In this document: positions 38,208-48,800 of the stretch, piece after piece | Layout: each line of letters starts with the position of its first letter | Position numbering within the stretch: position 1 is the first letter of the stretch | NCBI GenBank assembly: GCA_963708135.1 | Contig: OY970192.1 | Location: forward strand, 4,160,001 to 4,224,000 | Length of the DNA: 64,000 nt | From: an uncultured Gemmatimonadales bacterium | GTDB lineage: Bacteria > Gemmatimonadota > Gemmatimonadetes > Longimicrobiales > RSA9 | Reading direction: 5' to 3' | The notes under the pieces: generated by a model | Told to the model about the DNA's origin: nothing | What the model saw: the letters and a program-made list of their open reading frames with translations, nothing else | The model's database searches: none | Made by a program: the position numbers and the translations under genes

Positions 38208-38867
38208 ATGCGACTGACCACACGACAGCGGAAAGCGCTGATCTTCGCGGGGACGGCGGCGGGCATCGTACTGCTCTGGAGCACGCCGGTGCTCTACCCG
38301 CTGCGGCTGTTCGTCGTCTTCCTGCACGAGGCCAGCCACGCGGTGGCGGCGCTCGCGACGGGCGGTACCGTGGTGCGGATCGGCATCGACCCCCGGGAGG
38401 GCGGTTACACGCTCACGCGGGGCGGGAACGCGCTGGTCACGCTTTCGGCGGGCTACCTCGGCAGCCTCGGCTGGGGCGCGGCCATCCTGGCGGCGGCGCG
38501 CACCCGGCGCGCGGGACTCGCGACGGTCGCCCTCGGCGCGGCCGTGCTCGCCGTCACCGTCCTCTACGTCCGCAACCCGTTCGGGCTCGCGTTCGGGATC
38601 CTCTTCGGCCTCGCCGCGGTGGCCGCGGGCCGGCGGCTGCCGCACGCGATCGTCGCCTGGCTGCTCACGGCAGTCGGGCTGACCAGCTGTCTCTACGCGC
38701 CGCTCGACATCTGGTCCGACATCCTCGCCCGGCCGGCCATGCCGTCCGATGCGCGCATGCTGGCCGACATGACGCACGTGCCCACCATCGTCTGGGGCGT
38801 GCTCTGGCTCGGCATCTCCCTCGCCGTCTCCTGGCGACTGTTCCGGCGCGGCATCGCCGGGCGGTGA
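38208..38867 (+). CDS. M50B-like membrane metallopeptidase
   Basis: FLHEASHA..A.ATGG, LSAGYLG, SDARMLA. Confidence 0.88.
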   Translation: MRLTTRQRKALIFAGTAAGIVLLWSTPVLYPLRLFVVFLHEASHAVAALATGGTVVRIGIDPREGGYTLTRGGNALVTLSAGYLGSLGWGAAILAAARTRRAGLATVALGAAVLAVTVLYVRNPFGLAFGILFGLAAVAAGRRLPHAIVAWLLTAVGLTSCLYAPLDIWSDILARPAMPSDARMLADMTHVPTIVWGVLWLGISLAVSWRLFRRGIAGR

Positions 38868-39079
38868 GAGGGCCTTCCTCCGCCCGCCCTCCCTCACTCC
38901 GGCGCCACCCCGGCGCCCTTCCACCTCTCCACCCGCGACGCGGGGACGGGGGCAGGCGAGGTGCCCGACACGGGGCGGCCGCCGCAGGGATGCCCGCGAA
39001 GGCGGGGCTTGTCGCGGCGGCGGGGGCGGTCCTATCGTAGGCGTTGCATCCAAACCTGCATCCGAGACCGGGAGGAGCC

Positions 39080-40918
39080 GTGAACGCGCTGAGTGCTGGA
39101 GGGCGGCGTCGCCGCGCGATGGGGGAAGGCGAAGCGAGACTCGGCCGGGGAGCGCGCCGCGCAGCGTCGGGGAGCGAAGTGTTTTCGGGGCGGCGCGGGG
39201 TCCGGGCGGCGGTGGCGGCCGCGGGGCTGGTGGTGCTCGGGGCGTGCGCGGGCGGCGCGCGGCCGGAGGGGCCGACGCCGGCGGGCGGGGCGTACGACGT
39301 GGTGATCGAGAACGGGAGGATCGTGGACGGCACGGGGGCGGCGTGGCACTACGGGGATGTGGGGATTCGGGGGGACCGGATCGCGGCGATGACGCCGCGG
39401 GGCATGCTGGCTGGGGCATCGGCGAAGCAGCGGATCGACGCGCGCGGGCTGGTGGTGGCGCCGGGGTTCATCGACATCCAGGGGCAGTCGGGCGGCTCGT
39501 TCCTGTTCGGCGACGGGCGGGACGTAAGCAAGGTGACGCAGGGGATCACGACGGAGATCCTGGGGGAGGGCTCGACGCCGGCACCGCTGAACCCGGCGCA
39601 GCTGGCGGGTGAGCTGCCGCGGGACCCGGCGCGGGCGAAGGTGGTGGAGAGCTTCGCGTCGCCGCACGGGTTCCGGAACTGGCTGGAGGCGATGGCGGCG
39701 CACGGGATCGCGCCGAACGTGGGCTCGTTCGTGGGGGCGGCCACGGTGCGGGTGTACGGCAAGCGGGAGGAGATGGGAGCGCCGACGCCGGCGGAGCTGG
39801 ACACGATGCGGTCGGTGGTGCGGCGCGCGATGGAGGACGGGGCGATGGGGATGGCCTCGGCGCTGATCTACCCGCCGGGGAACTACGCGACGACAGGGGA
39901 GCTGATCGAGGAGGCGAAGGCGATGGCGCCGTACGGCGGCGTCTACATCACGCACATGCGCTCGGAGGCGGACCATCTGCTGGAGGCGACGGACGAGGCG
40001 ATCCGGATCGGCAAGGAAGGGGGCGTGCCGGTCGAGATCTACCACCTGAAGGCGGCGGGGAAGGCGAACTGGGGGAAGGCGGCGCTCGAGATCGCGAAGA
40101 TCGACAGCGCGCGTGCGGCGGGGCAGGACGTGCAGGCGGACATGTACCCGTACACGGCGGGGGGGACGGGGCTCAGCGCGTGCTTCCCGCCGGCGGCGTC
40201 GGAGGGGGGCAAGCTGCTGGAGCGGCTGGCGAGCCCGGCGGAGCGGGCGAAAATCAAGCAGGAGGTCGAGCACCAGACCTCGGACTGGGAGAACCTGTGC
40301 ACGCAGGCGACGCCGGAGGGGGTGCTGCTCGTGGGCTTCACGAAGCCGGGCAACAAGAAGTGGGTCGGCAAGCGGCTGAGCGAGGTGGCGCAGGCGATGG
40401 GGACGGACTGGGTGACGGCGGCCATGGACCTGGTGGAGAGCGACAGCTCGCGGGTGGGGACGCTGTTCTTCCTCATGAGCGAGGACAACGTGAAGCTCCA
40501 GCTGCGGCAGCCGTGGATCAAGATCGGCACGGATGCGGGCGGCATGGACCCGGACAGCGCGAAGGCGCGCGGCCAGCTGGCGCATCCGCGGGCGTACGGG
40601 ACGTATCCGAAGATCCTGGGCAGGTACGTGCGCGAGGAGCACGTGCTGCGGCTGGAGGACGCGATCCGGAAGATGACGTCGGCGGTGGCGACACGGCTGT
40701 CGATCCCGGACCGCGGCATTCTGCGCCCGGGGCTCTACGCGGACATCGTCGTGTTCGACCCGGAGACGATCGAGGACCGGGCGACCTACGAGGACCCACA
40801 CCAGATCTCGGTAGGCGTGAAGCACGTGCTGGTGAACGGCGTCGAGATCGTGCGGGACGAGCGCTCGACCGGCGCGCTGCCGGGCCGCGTGGTGTGGGGG
40901 CCGGGGACGCGGCGGTAG
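39080..40918 (+). CDS. N-acyl-D-amino-acid deacylase (D-aminoacylase family amidohydrolase), probable lipoprotein; start uncertain
   Basis: VDGTG..DVGI.GDRI, APGFID, QGITTE..GEG, YITHMRSE, YHLK, ADMYPY, HPRAYGTYP, ADIVVFDP. Confidence 0.9.
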   Translation: MNALSAGGRRRRAMGEGEARLGRGARRAASGSEVFSGRRGVRAAVAAAGLVVLGACAGGARPEGPTPAGGAYDVVIENGRIVDGTGAAWHYGDVGIRGDRIAAMTPRGMLAGASAKQRIDARGLVVAPGFIDIQGQSGGSFLFGDGRDVSKVTQGITTEILGEGSTPAPLNPAQLAGELPRDPARAKVVESFASPHGFRNWLEAMAAHGIAPNVGSFVGAATVRVYGKREEMGAPTPAELDTMRSVVRRAMEDGAMGMASALIYPPGNYATTGELIEEAKAMAPYGGVYITHMRSEADHLLEATDEAIRIGKEGGVPVEIYHLKAAGKANWGKAALEIAKIDSARAAGQDVQADMYPYTAGGTGLSACFPPAASEGGKLLERLASPAERAKIKQEVEHQTSDWENLCTQATPEGVLLVGFTKPGNKKWVGKRLSEVAQAMGTDWVTAAMDLVESDSSRVGTLFFLMSEDNVKLQLRQPWIKIGTDAGGMDPDSAKARGQLAHPRAYGTYPKILGRYVREEHVLRLEDAIRKMTSAVATRLSIPDRGILRPGLYADIVVFDPETIEDRATYEDPHQISVGVKHVLVNGVEIVRDERSTGALPGRVVWGPGTRR

Positions 40919-40943
40919 TCCCGGAGGGATCCAGCAGTCTGGC

Positions 40944-41831
40944 CTACGGCGCCATCTCCTCGAGCAGCGCGATCATGCGGGCGTCCCACGGGTCGGCGGA
41001 CGGGTCGTCGTCGGCGTAGTCGTAGCGCTCCTCGGGGGTCTCGAGGATGAGCGGGATCCTGCGCGCGCGGCGGTCGTGGAGCAGCCAGCCGAACGACTCC
41101 GCGCCAATGGTGCCCTCGCCGATGAGGGTGTGCCGGTCCCGGTTCGAGGCGAGCGCGCCCTCGCTGTCGTTCAGGTGCAGGAAGGACGGCGGCTCGCCGC
41201 ACGCCTCCTCGAACTCGTCGAGCACGGCGGAGAGGGCGGCGGGCGAGGCGGCGATGTCGTAGCCGGACGCAAAGAGGTGGCAGGTGTCCAGACCATAGCC
41301 CGCCCGCCCGCGCACCGCCTCCGGGATCCGCTCCAGCACCGCGGCGACCTCCGCCGCGGTGCGGCCGTAGGTGCTCCCCGCGCCCGCGGTGTTCTCGATC
41401 CACAGGCGGGTCTCGCCCTCCACGCCCTGGAGCGCTTGCGTCATGGCGCGGGCGACGCGCTGCGCCGCCGCCTCGGTTCCATCCTTCGCCGAGCCCGGGT
41501 GGAAGCACACCCCGCCGATGCCCAGAAGCGTGGAGCGCTCGAGCTCCTTCCGCAGCCCCGCGGCCGCGCGCGTCCACTTGGCCGCATCGTTGGTGGCCAC
41601 GTTCAGCACGTAGGCCGCGTGCGCCTGGACGTAGCGCGGCTGGATGCCGGTCTCCTCCAGGGCGGCCCGGAAACGCTCGACGCGCTCCGGCCGGATGCCG
41701 CTCTTGTCGCCGTAGAACCTGGGGATGGCGGTGAAGATCTGGAGCGCGGCCGCGCCGGCGGCCTTCGCGCGGCGGGCGGCCATGTCGATGCCGCCGGCGT
41801 CGACGGGGTGTACGCCAATGTGCAGGCTCAT
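40944..41831 (-). CDS. nfo: Endonuclease IV (AP endonuclease 2 family)
   Basis: ALQIFT, HAAYVLN, FHPGS, IENTAG, LDTCHLFASGYD, HLNDS..DRH..IGEG, ILETP. Confidence 0.93.
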   Translation of the reverse strand: MSLHIGVHPVDAGGIDMAARRAKAAGAAALQIFTAIPRFYGDKSGIRPERVERFRAALEETGIQPRYVQAHAAYVLNVATNDAAKWTRAAAGLRKELERSTLLGIGGVCFHPGSAKDGTEAAAQRVARAMTQALQGVEGETRLWIENTAGAGSTYGRTAAEVAAVLERIPEAVRGRAGYGLDTCHLFASGYDIAASPAALSAVLDEFEEACGEPPSFLHLNDSEGALASNRDRHTLIGEGTIGAESFGWLLHDRRARRIPLILETPEERYDYADDDPSADPWDARMIALLEEMAP

Positions 41832-42021
41832 GCGGGGTTCGGGTCAGGGTCACGAGGATGCGGCTCGAGCGGGAAACTGCGGCTGTGGTGGGCGCGGGGC
41901 AACGGGCGGAGCGGACCACGGACGGGAATGGGCCCGTGCACGTGCACGGGCAGCTCCGGAAGGCAGTCGGGCAGGGGCAGCGCCAGGGGCACGAGAACGG
42001 GCGGGCCCGAGGGCAGCGCCC

Positions 42022-43746
42022 TCAGCTCAGCAGACCGGCCTCGGCGGGATCCAGCGCGGCGTAGCGATCGCCGAGCCAGAGGACGAAGCCGGCCAGCTCG
42101 GCATAGAGGATCAGGGCGCCGAGCACGCCGGCGAGGAGGGCGGCCGCGGCGCCGGTCCCGGCACCGAGCTGGAACGCGGCCCAGCCGGCCGCGACGGCGG
42201 CGAGGCCGATCGCGACGAACAGGAGGAGCCCCGTTGCGGCGAGGGTGAGCATCTGCTGGCCGAGGGCGTCCACGCCGCCCGGGCGGTCGGCGCCCAGCCG
42301 GACCCAGCCGGGGAAGAGGACGGCGAGGGCGTTCTGGGCACCGATCAGCAGGCCGTCCACGGCGGGCAGCAGGAGGGCGGCGGCGCCCATGGCGGTCACG
42401 ATTTCGGCCGCCCTGTCCGCCTGTGTGCTGAGCGGCAGGAGCGCGGCCACCGTGCCGAGCGCGAGCAGCTGGAGCACGTAGAGCGCGGCCGTCGGCGCCG
42501 CGAGCTCGGCGGCCACGAGCGCCCGCGGCGGGAGTGGCAGAGTACGCAGGATGGCGAGCCGCTCGAGGTCCGCGCGCAGGTCGCTGCGGAAGCCGAGGGC
42601 GCCGAAGAAGGTGAGGAAGACGCCGACGGCGGCGATGATGCCCATCGTCACATCGGCGGCCTCGCGGGTGGAATGGCCGCCGAGGCGAACGACGCCGAAG
42701 GCGACGACGCCGACGGCCGCGACCACGATGAGCATGCGCAGCCCCTCCTGTCGCAGCAGCGTCACCGCGTTCTTCCAGGCGACGGCGACCACGGGGCGTC
42801 CCGTCGCCCGCAGGGGGAGCGGCGTCCGGCGGGGTCCGGCGCGCGTGCCGGCGCGTCGGGCACGGCCGGTCCGGCGGTAGGAGTCGAGCAGCTTCGCGCG
42901 GCGGATCCCGGCCGACAGCGCGGCCTCCTCGAACGCGGCATCGGTGCGCAGCACCCAGACGTAATGGATCGCCGCGAGCAGCGCGGCGGCGGGAAGCGCG
43001 CGCAGGAACGCCCACGTGTCCGCTGCGAGGAAGGGTCCGAGCGCGATGCGGAAGGGGAGCAGGGCCGCGGCGAGCAGCGGCCCGTGGAGCGCGGCCGTAA
43101 CGCCGGCGAGTGCCTCGGCCTGCGTGCGCGCGCGCTCCGCGGCCCGGAGAAGCGCGAGCGCGCTCCCGGCCACGGCCACGCCCGCCAGGCCGAGCACGGC
43201 CACGCCGACGGCGCTGCTCCGGATGCCGGCCAGGCCGTGGCGCCTGGCGCCGGCGCGGATGAGCGAAGAGGCGAGCTGGTGCAGGCGCGCGGTGCTCGCG
43301 ATCAGCCATGCGCCCGCCAGGCGGAGCGGCCAGTCCAGCGGGGCGTCCCTCGTGAAGAGGACGAGCACCAGCGTGGCCAGGAGCACGCCCGGCTGCTCGC
43401 GCACGATCTTGTAGCGGATGAGCCGCCGCCGGCTGATCGGGGCCGGGAAGAGGAGTTGCGCCTCGGCGGGCGAGAAGGCGAGCGCGCCCGCAAATCCACC
43501 GCGGATCCACCACCATCCCACGAGGGCGGCGAGCAGCACGGGCGCGGCGAGCAGGACCGGGGGCGAGGCGGCGGCGTTGCCGTGGTGCCCGGGGTCGCGC
43601 AGCATGGTGTAGGCGATGAAGCCGAAGTAGGCGAGCCCGGCCAGGAGCGCGACGACGTGCTGCGGGCCGCGGCTGCGGCGCAGCAGCATGCGCACGCGGT
43701 TCCGGGCGCCGGCGGCGAGCAGCCAGAAGAGCGGATCGGCGCTCAC
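42022..43746 (-). CDS. Putative ABC exporter membrane subunit
   Basis: LAFSPAEAQLLFPAPISRRRLIRYKI, AVAWKN, DLRADLERL..LRTLPL; many TM helices; overlaps the ATPase stop. Confidence 0.82.
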   Translation of the reverse strand: MSADPLFWLLAAGARNRVRMLLRRSRGPQHVVALLAGLAYFGFIAYTMLRDPGHHGNAAASPPVLLAAPVLLAALVGWWWIRGGFAGALAFSPAEAQLLFPAPISRRRLIRYKIVREQPGVLLATLVLVLFTRDAPLDWPLRLAGAWLIASTARLHQLASSLIRAGARRHGLAGIRSSAVGVAVLGLAGVAVAGSALALLRAAERARTQAEALAGVTAALHGPLLAAALLPFRIALGPFLAADTWAFLRALPAAALLAAIHYVWVLRTDAAFEEAALSAGIRRAKLLDSYRRTGRARRAGTRAGPRRTPLPLRATGRPVVAVAWKNAVTLLRQEGLRMLIVVAAVGVVAFGVVRLGGHSTREAADVTMGIIAAVGVFLTFFGALGFRSDLRADLERLAILRTLPLPPRALVAAELAAPTAALYVLQLLALGTVAALLPLSTQADRAAEIVTAMGAAALLLPAVDGLLIGAQNALAVLFPGWVRLGADRPGGVDALGQQMLTLAATGLLLFVAIGLAAVAAGWAAFQLGAGTGAAAALLAGVLGALILYAELAGFVLWLGDRYAALDPAEAGLLS

Positions 43747-44468
43747 GAGCCGGTCTCGGTCAGGCTGAGGAAGACGTCCTCGAGCCCGCGTCCCTGGAGC
43801 TCGGGCCGGCTCGCGGCGATCTCGGCCACGGATCCGATGGCGACGCGGCGGCCCTGCTGCATGACCAGGATCCGCGAGCAGAGCTCCTCCACGAGCGAGA
43901 GCAGGTGCGAGCTGAGCAGCACCGCGGCGCCGCCCGCCGCGAGCTCCAGGATCGTCCGCTTCACGCGCCGGATGGCCGCGGGGTCGAGGCCCGTGAGCGG
44001 CTCGTCGAGCATGAGCACCCTGGGCTCGTGCAGGAGCGCGCAGGCCATGGCCAGCTTCTGCTTCATGCCGCGCGAGAGCTCGCCGGGCAGGACGTGCCGC
44101 TTCTCCTCGAGCTCGAGCTGGCGGAGCAGCACGTCCGTCCTGCCCGCGCTGTCCTCGACCTCGTAGACGCGGCCGATGAAGCGCAGGTGCTCGACCACGG
44201 TGAGGGAGTCGAAGAACTGCGGCTCGTCGGGGATGAAGGCGAGAGCGCGCTTGGCGGCGAGGGGCTCCGTGGCCAGGTCGTGGCCGGCGATCGCGATGCG
44301 GCCGCCGGCGGGCGGCAGGATGCCGGCGATGCAGCGCAGCGTCGTCGTCTTGCCCGCCCCGTTCGGGCCGAGCAGGCCCATCACCTCGCCCGGCCGGACC
44401 TCGAAGCTCAGCTCCGACACCGCGGGCAGCGCACCGTAGTACTTCGTCAGCGCGTGGACTTCCAGCAC
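43743..44468 (-). CDS. ABC transporter ATP-binding protein
   Basis: GPNGAGKTT, LSRGMKQK, LDEPLTGLDP, SSHLL. Confidence 0.92.
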   Translation of the reverse strand: MLEVHALTKYYGALPAVSELSFEVRPGEVMGLLGPNGAGKTTTLRCIAGILPPAGGRIAIAGHDLATEPLAAKRALAFIPDEPQFFDSLTVVEHLRFIGRVYEVEDSAGRTDVLLRQLELEEKRHVLPGELSRGMKQKLAMACALLHEPRVLMLDEPLTGLDPAAIRRVKRTILELAAGGAAVLLSSHLLSLVEELCSRILVMQQGRRVAIGSVAEIAASRPELQGRGLEDVFLSLTETGS

Positions 44469-44571
44469 AGGGACGTCCTGTTGATCGTGGGCGCGAGGGA
44501 GTGCAAGTTGGCGGCGCAGGGAAATTCGCGGTGGGGCTGGATTCGGGCAAGGACGAGCGGGAGGGGAGTCC

Positions 44572-45570
44572 ATGAACGTGCTGATCGTGACGCAGTCGGA
44601 GCTGCCGGCGCTGCTCCCGATGGCGGAGTGCATCGAGGCGATGGCCGAGGTGCTGGAGGCGCTCGGCCGGGGCGAGGCCGTGCTCCCGCTGCGGCAGCAG
44701 GTGGTGCTGCCGGACGGGACCGGGCGGCTCGTGCCGATGCCGGCCTACACGGCGAGCCCGCCCGCGCTGGGGATCAAGGTGATCACCTACTTTCCCGGCA
44801 ACACCGGGACGGAGTTCGACTCGCACCAGGGTGCCGTGCTGCTCTTCGAGCCCGTCCACGGCCGGCTGCTCGCCATCATGGACGCGAGCGCCATCACCGC
44901 GATCCGCACCGCCGCCGCGACCGGGCTCGCCACCCGGCTCCTCGCCCGCGAGGACGCCGGGGACCTGGCCATCCTCGGCTCCGGCGTGCAGGCGCGCACA
45001 CACCTCGAGGCCATGCTCACCGTCCGGCCGATCCGCCGGATCCGCGTCTGGAGCCGGACGCAGGCGAACGCCGCGGCGTTCGCGCGCGAGATGGAGCGGC
45101 GCCACGACGTCGCCATCGAGGTCGTGGCCGCGCGCCGCGAGGCGGTCGTCGGCGCGGACATCATCTGCACGGTCACCTCCGCGGCCGAGCCGGTGCTGCG
45201 CGGCGAATGGATCGCGCCCGGCGCCCACGTCAACGCCGTCGGCTCCAGCCTGCGCACGGACCGCGAGCTCGACGCCGAAGCCGTGCGACGCTGCCGCCTC
45301 TTCGTGGACCGTCTCGAGTCCGCCCTCGCGGAGGCCGGAGACTTCCTGCTCGCGCGCGCCGAGGGCGCCGTGGACGACGACCACATCGTGGGTGAGATCG
45401 GGCAGATCCTGCTGGGCGAGATCGAGGGGCGGCGCTCAGCCGACGAGATCACGCTCTTCAAGTCGCTCGGCCTGGCCGTCGAGGACCTGGCCGCCGCGCA
45501 CCTGGTCTACGAGAAGGCCATGGCCGACGGCGGCGGGACGGTGCTGGATTTCGGGGGGAACAGGGAGTAG
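44572..45570 (+). CDS. Ornithine cyclodeaminase / mu-crystallin family protein
   Basis: ITAIRTAAA, GSGVQARTH, PGAHVNAVG, TLFKSLGLAVEDL. Confidence 0.93.
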   Translation: MNVLIVTQSELPALLPMAECIEAMAEVLEALGRGEAVLPLRQQVVLPDGTGRLVPMPAYTASPPALGIKVITYFPGNTGTEFDSHQGAVLLFEPVHGRLLAIMDASAITAIRTAAATGLATRLLAREDAGDLAILGSGVQARTHLEAMLTVRPIRRIRVWSRTQANAAAFAREMERRHDVAIEVVAARREAVVGADIICTVTSAAEPVLRGEWIAPGAHVNAVGSSLRTDRELDAEAVRRCRLFVDRLESALAEAGDFLLARAEGAVDDDHIVGEIGQILLGEIEGRRSADEITLFKSLGLAVEDLAAAHLVYEKAMADGGGTVLDFGGNRE

Positions 45571-45635
45571 GACGGGCGCGGGGCGCTGTGCTGGGGAGGC
45601 CTCTGTGCTGGCGGGCGTGCTGCCGCTGGCCGGGC

Positions 45636-45822
45636 GAGAGTGGGGGAGTGGGGGACCCCGGGCCGGCTCCGCGGCGCGCGCGGGGGCCGGGCCTCGCGAC
45701 CTGCCCTGGCGCGCGCGGGTGCGCCGGCGTGCCGCGAGGCCCGCGCAGTGCGGAGCGCGGCGCCGCGTCCGGGCCGCGGACGGGCCGCGGAGGACGGCCG
45801 CATCCCCCGCTCCCCCACTCTC
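45636..45822. repeat. 187-bp element bounded by 20-bp inverted repeats (MITE/REP-like or structured RNA)
   Basis: GAGAGTGGGGGAGTGGGGGA (45636-45655) and TCCCCCGCTCCCCCACTCTC (45803-45822), 19/20 complementary. Confidence 0.7.
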
Positions 45823-45832
45823 AACGCCCATG

Positions 45833-48800
45833 TCAGTGCCGCTCGAACTCCTCCTCCGAGATCGGCTCGTCCTCGCCGGCGCCCAGGTTGCCGATGCGCT
45901 GGACCTGGAGCTTGCCGGTGAGCGTCTGGCCGCCCACGCTCACGGAGATCGTGTACTGGCCGGGCGGCGCGGGCGCGGGTGCGCCGCCGAAGAAGCCGCC
46001 GCGGCCACCTGCGAACCGGCCGCCGATGCCCGGCACGCGGGTGAGGCGCAGAAAGTCCCGGAACAACTCACCGCCCGGGCCGCGCATGAACGCGGCGATG
46101 GCCTCCTCGCTCATGTCGGATGCTCCGGCGGCGCGGCCGGCGCGGGCGGGCCGGCCGGCCTGCGCGCCGCTCGAGTCCGGCGCGGCCTTCTCGCCGGCGC
46201 CGGCGGTCTCGCCGCGCGCGGCGACGCTGCGCTGCATCTGCTCGCCCGGGCGGTCCACCCAGACGCCGGGGCGCGCGCGGCCGCGCCCGCCGAAGCCGAA
46301 GCCGAACGGGACCGCGCCGGGGCCGCCGAACAGGGAGCGCCGGGCCAGCGCGGCCACGCGGCCGGCGAGCTGCGCGTCCGTGCCGGCCTTCTCGAGCGAA
46401 TCGGTGAGAAACGCGATGCGGACCTGGAGCCGCGCGCTGTCGCGCTTCTCCGAGGGCGAGAGCGGCGCCGGCGGCGGCGGCTCCTTGCGGTAGTTCCAGG
46501 CCACGGTGTGCAGGCCGGCGGCGCCGGGCCCGGTGAGCGTCTGCACGGTGTCGCCCTTCGCGTCCAGCACGGCAATGTGCGCGCGCTGGCGGCGGTCTCC
46601 GGAGGGCAGGTAGTAGGAGATCTCGGCGCCGTACGGCGCGCTCTCGCCCTCGAACACCTTCTGGCCGGGGGATCCGCCGCCGATCGGCGTCTCGCCGTAC
46701 TGGAAGGCGGTGGGCGGCTGGAACAGGGTGGCGGCCGCGAGCGTGCGCGCGCCCATCTGCTCGAGCGGCGCGATGCCGACGATCCAGATGGAGCGGCCGT
46801 GCGTGGCGGCGATCAGCTCGTGGTCGCGCGGCTGGATCTTGAGGTCGTGGACCGGCACCGTGGGCAGTCCCTCCATGAAGCGCTGCCAGTGGCCGCCGCG
46901 GTCGATGGAGACGTAGGCGCCCACGTCGGTGCCGGCGAAGAGCAGGTCGCGATTGAAGGGGTCCTCGCGCACGACGTGCACGAAGTCGGGGCCGCCCCGG
47001 GGCAGGTCCGAGGCGATCGAGCGGAAGCTCTTGCCGCCGTCGTCGGTGACGTAGAGGTAGGGGGTGAAGTCGCCGGTGCGGTGGCCGTCGAAGGCCACGT
47101 AGAAGGTGTTCGCGTCGAAGTGCGACGGCTCGATACGGCGCACCCAGGTGCCGTCCGGCACGCCGGGGAATCGACCGTTCAGCTTTTCCCAGTGCTTGCC
47201 GTCGTCGCGTGTCATCCAGGCGTTGCCGTCATCGGTGCCCGCGTAGAGCCAGCCCTTCCGCACGGGGCTCTCCGCCAGGGCGACGATGGTGGCGAAGGTC
47301 TCCGCGCCCGTCACGTCCCGGGTGATGCCGCCGGTCGTCTCCGTGCTGACGCGGATCTTCATGGTGTCGGCGCGGGTGAGGTCGGGCGAGATGGCGACCA
47401 GGTCGTCGCCGCGCTTCGTCGACTTGAGCACCTTGTTGGCGCCGGCGTAGAGGACGTGCTGGTCGTGGGGCGAGAGGAAGAACGGCGTGTTCCAGTTCCA
47501 GCGCAGGTCGTTGTCGGCCGAGTCCGCGGACTGGCGCGCGCGCAGCGTGGCGAGCCGGCTCTCCTGCGCGGGCGTCTCGGGCTTCGCGGTGTCGCCGCGC
47601 TCGATGACGATCGAGTCCTCGAAGGTCTTGTAGCGGTCGCGGAAGCTCGGCTTGCGCAGCCGCGTGCGCTCGCCGGTCGTCATGTCGAGCCGGGCCATGT
47701 TGCCGCCCTGGCTCTCGGCGTAGACGATGTTCGGGTCGGTCTGGTCCTGCGCCGTGAAGAAGCCGTCACCGCCGTTCACGGTGGCCCACATGTCGCTCGT
47801 GATGCCGCCGCGCGCGCGCCGGCTCGGGCCGCACCACGCGCCGTTGTCCTGCAGCCCGCCGCAGACATGGTACGGCACGGCCATGTCGTAGCTGACCTCG
47901 TAGAACTGGCCGATGGCGAAGTTGTTCAGGAAGTCGTAGTTGCCGCCGCGGTCCCAGGTCTGGGAGATGCCGCCGTCGTCGCCCACGATGAAATGGTTCG
48001 GGTCGTTCGGATCGATCCACATGGCGTGGTGGTCCACGTGGATGCCGACCGTGGCGTTGCCCATCGTCTTGCCGCCGTCATTGGAGAACTTGACCGGCGT
48101 GGACGACCAGTAGACACGGTTCGGGTCCCGCGGGTCCACCCGCACCTGCGAGTAGTAGAACGGGCGCGTGTCCTCCGCGTTCATCTTCGTCCACGTCGCG
48201 CCCGCATCGGCGGAACGGTAGAGCCCGGACTCGTTGGGAGCGCCCTCCTTCGCGCCGGCGGCCTCGACCAGCGCGTAGACCACGTTCGGGTCGCTCGGCG
48301 CGATGGCCAGCCCGATGCGCCCCTTCGTCCCCGCGGGGAAGCCGCCGCCCTTCACCTCCGCCCAGTGCGCGCCCGCGTCCGTCGTCTTCCACAGCCCGCT
48401 CCCCGGGCCGCCGCTCTGGAGCGAGTACGGCGTGCGCCAGCGTTCCCAGCTCGAGGCGTAGAGCACGTCCGGGTTCTTCGGGTCGATGGCCACGTCCACG
48501 AAGCCCGCGTGGTCGCTCACGAACTTGGAGAGCGTCCAGGTCCTGCCGCCGTCCGTGGTCTTGTACAGCCCGCGCTCCGGGTTGCTGTCCCAGATGTGGC
48601 CCAGGGCGGCGACGTAGACCACGTCAGCGTTCCTGGGGTCCACCACGATCCGGGCGATGACCTGCGTCTTCTCGAGCCCCATCAGCTTCCAGGTGAGACC
48701 GCCATCCATGGACTTGTAGATGCCGCCGCCGGGCGAGATCGAGTTGCGGCTGTTCTGCTCGCCCGTGCCGGCCCACACCTGCATGGTGTCGCTCGGCGCG

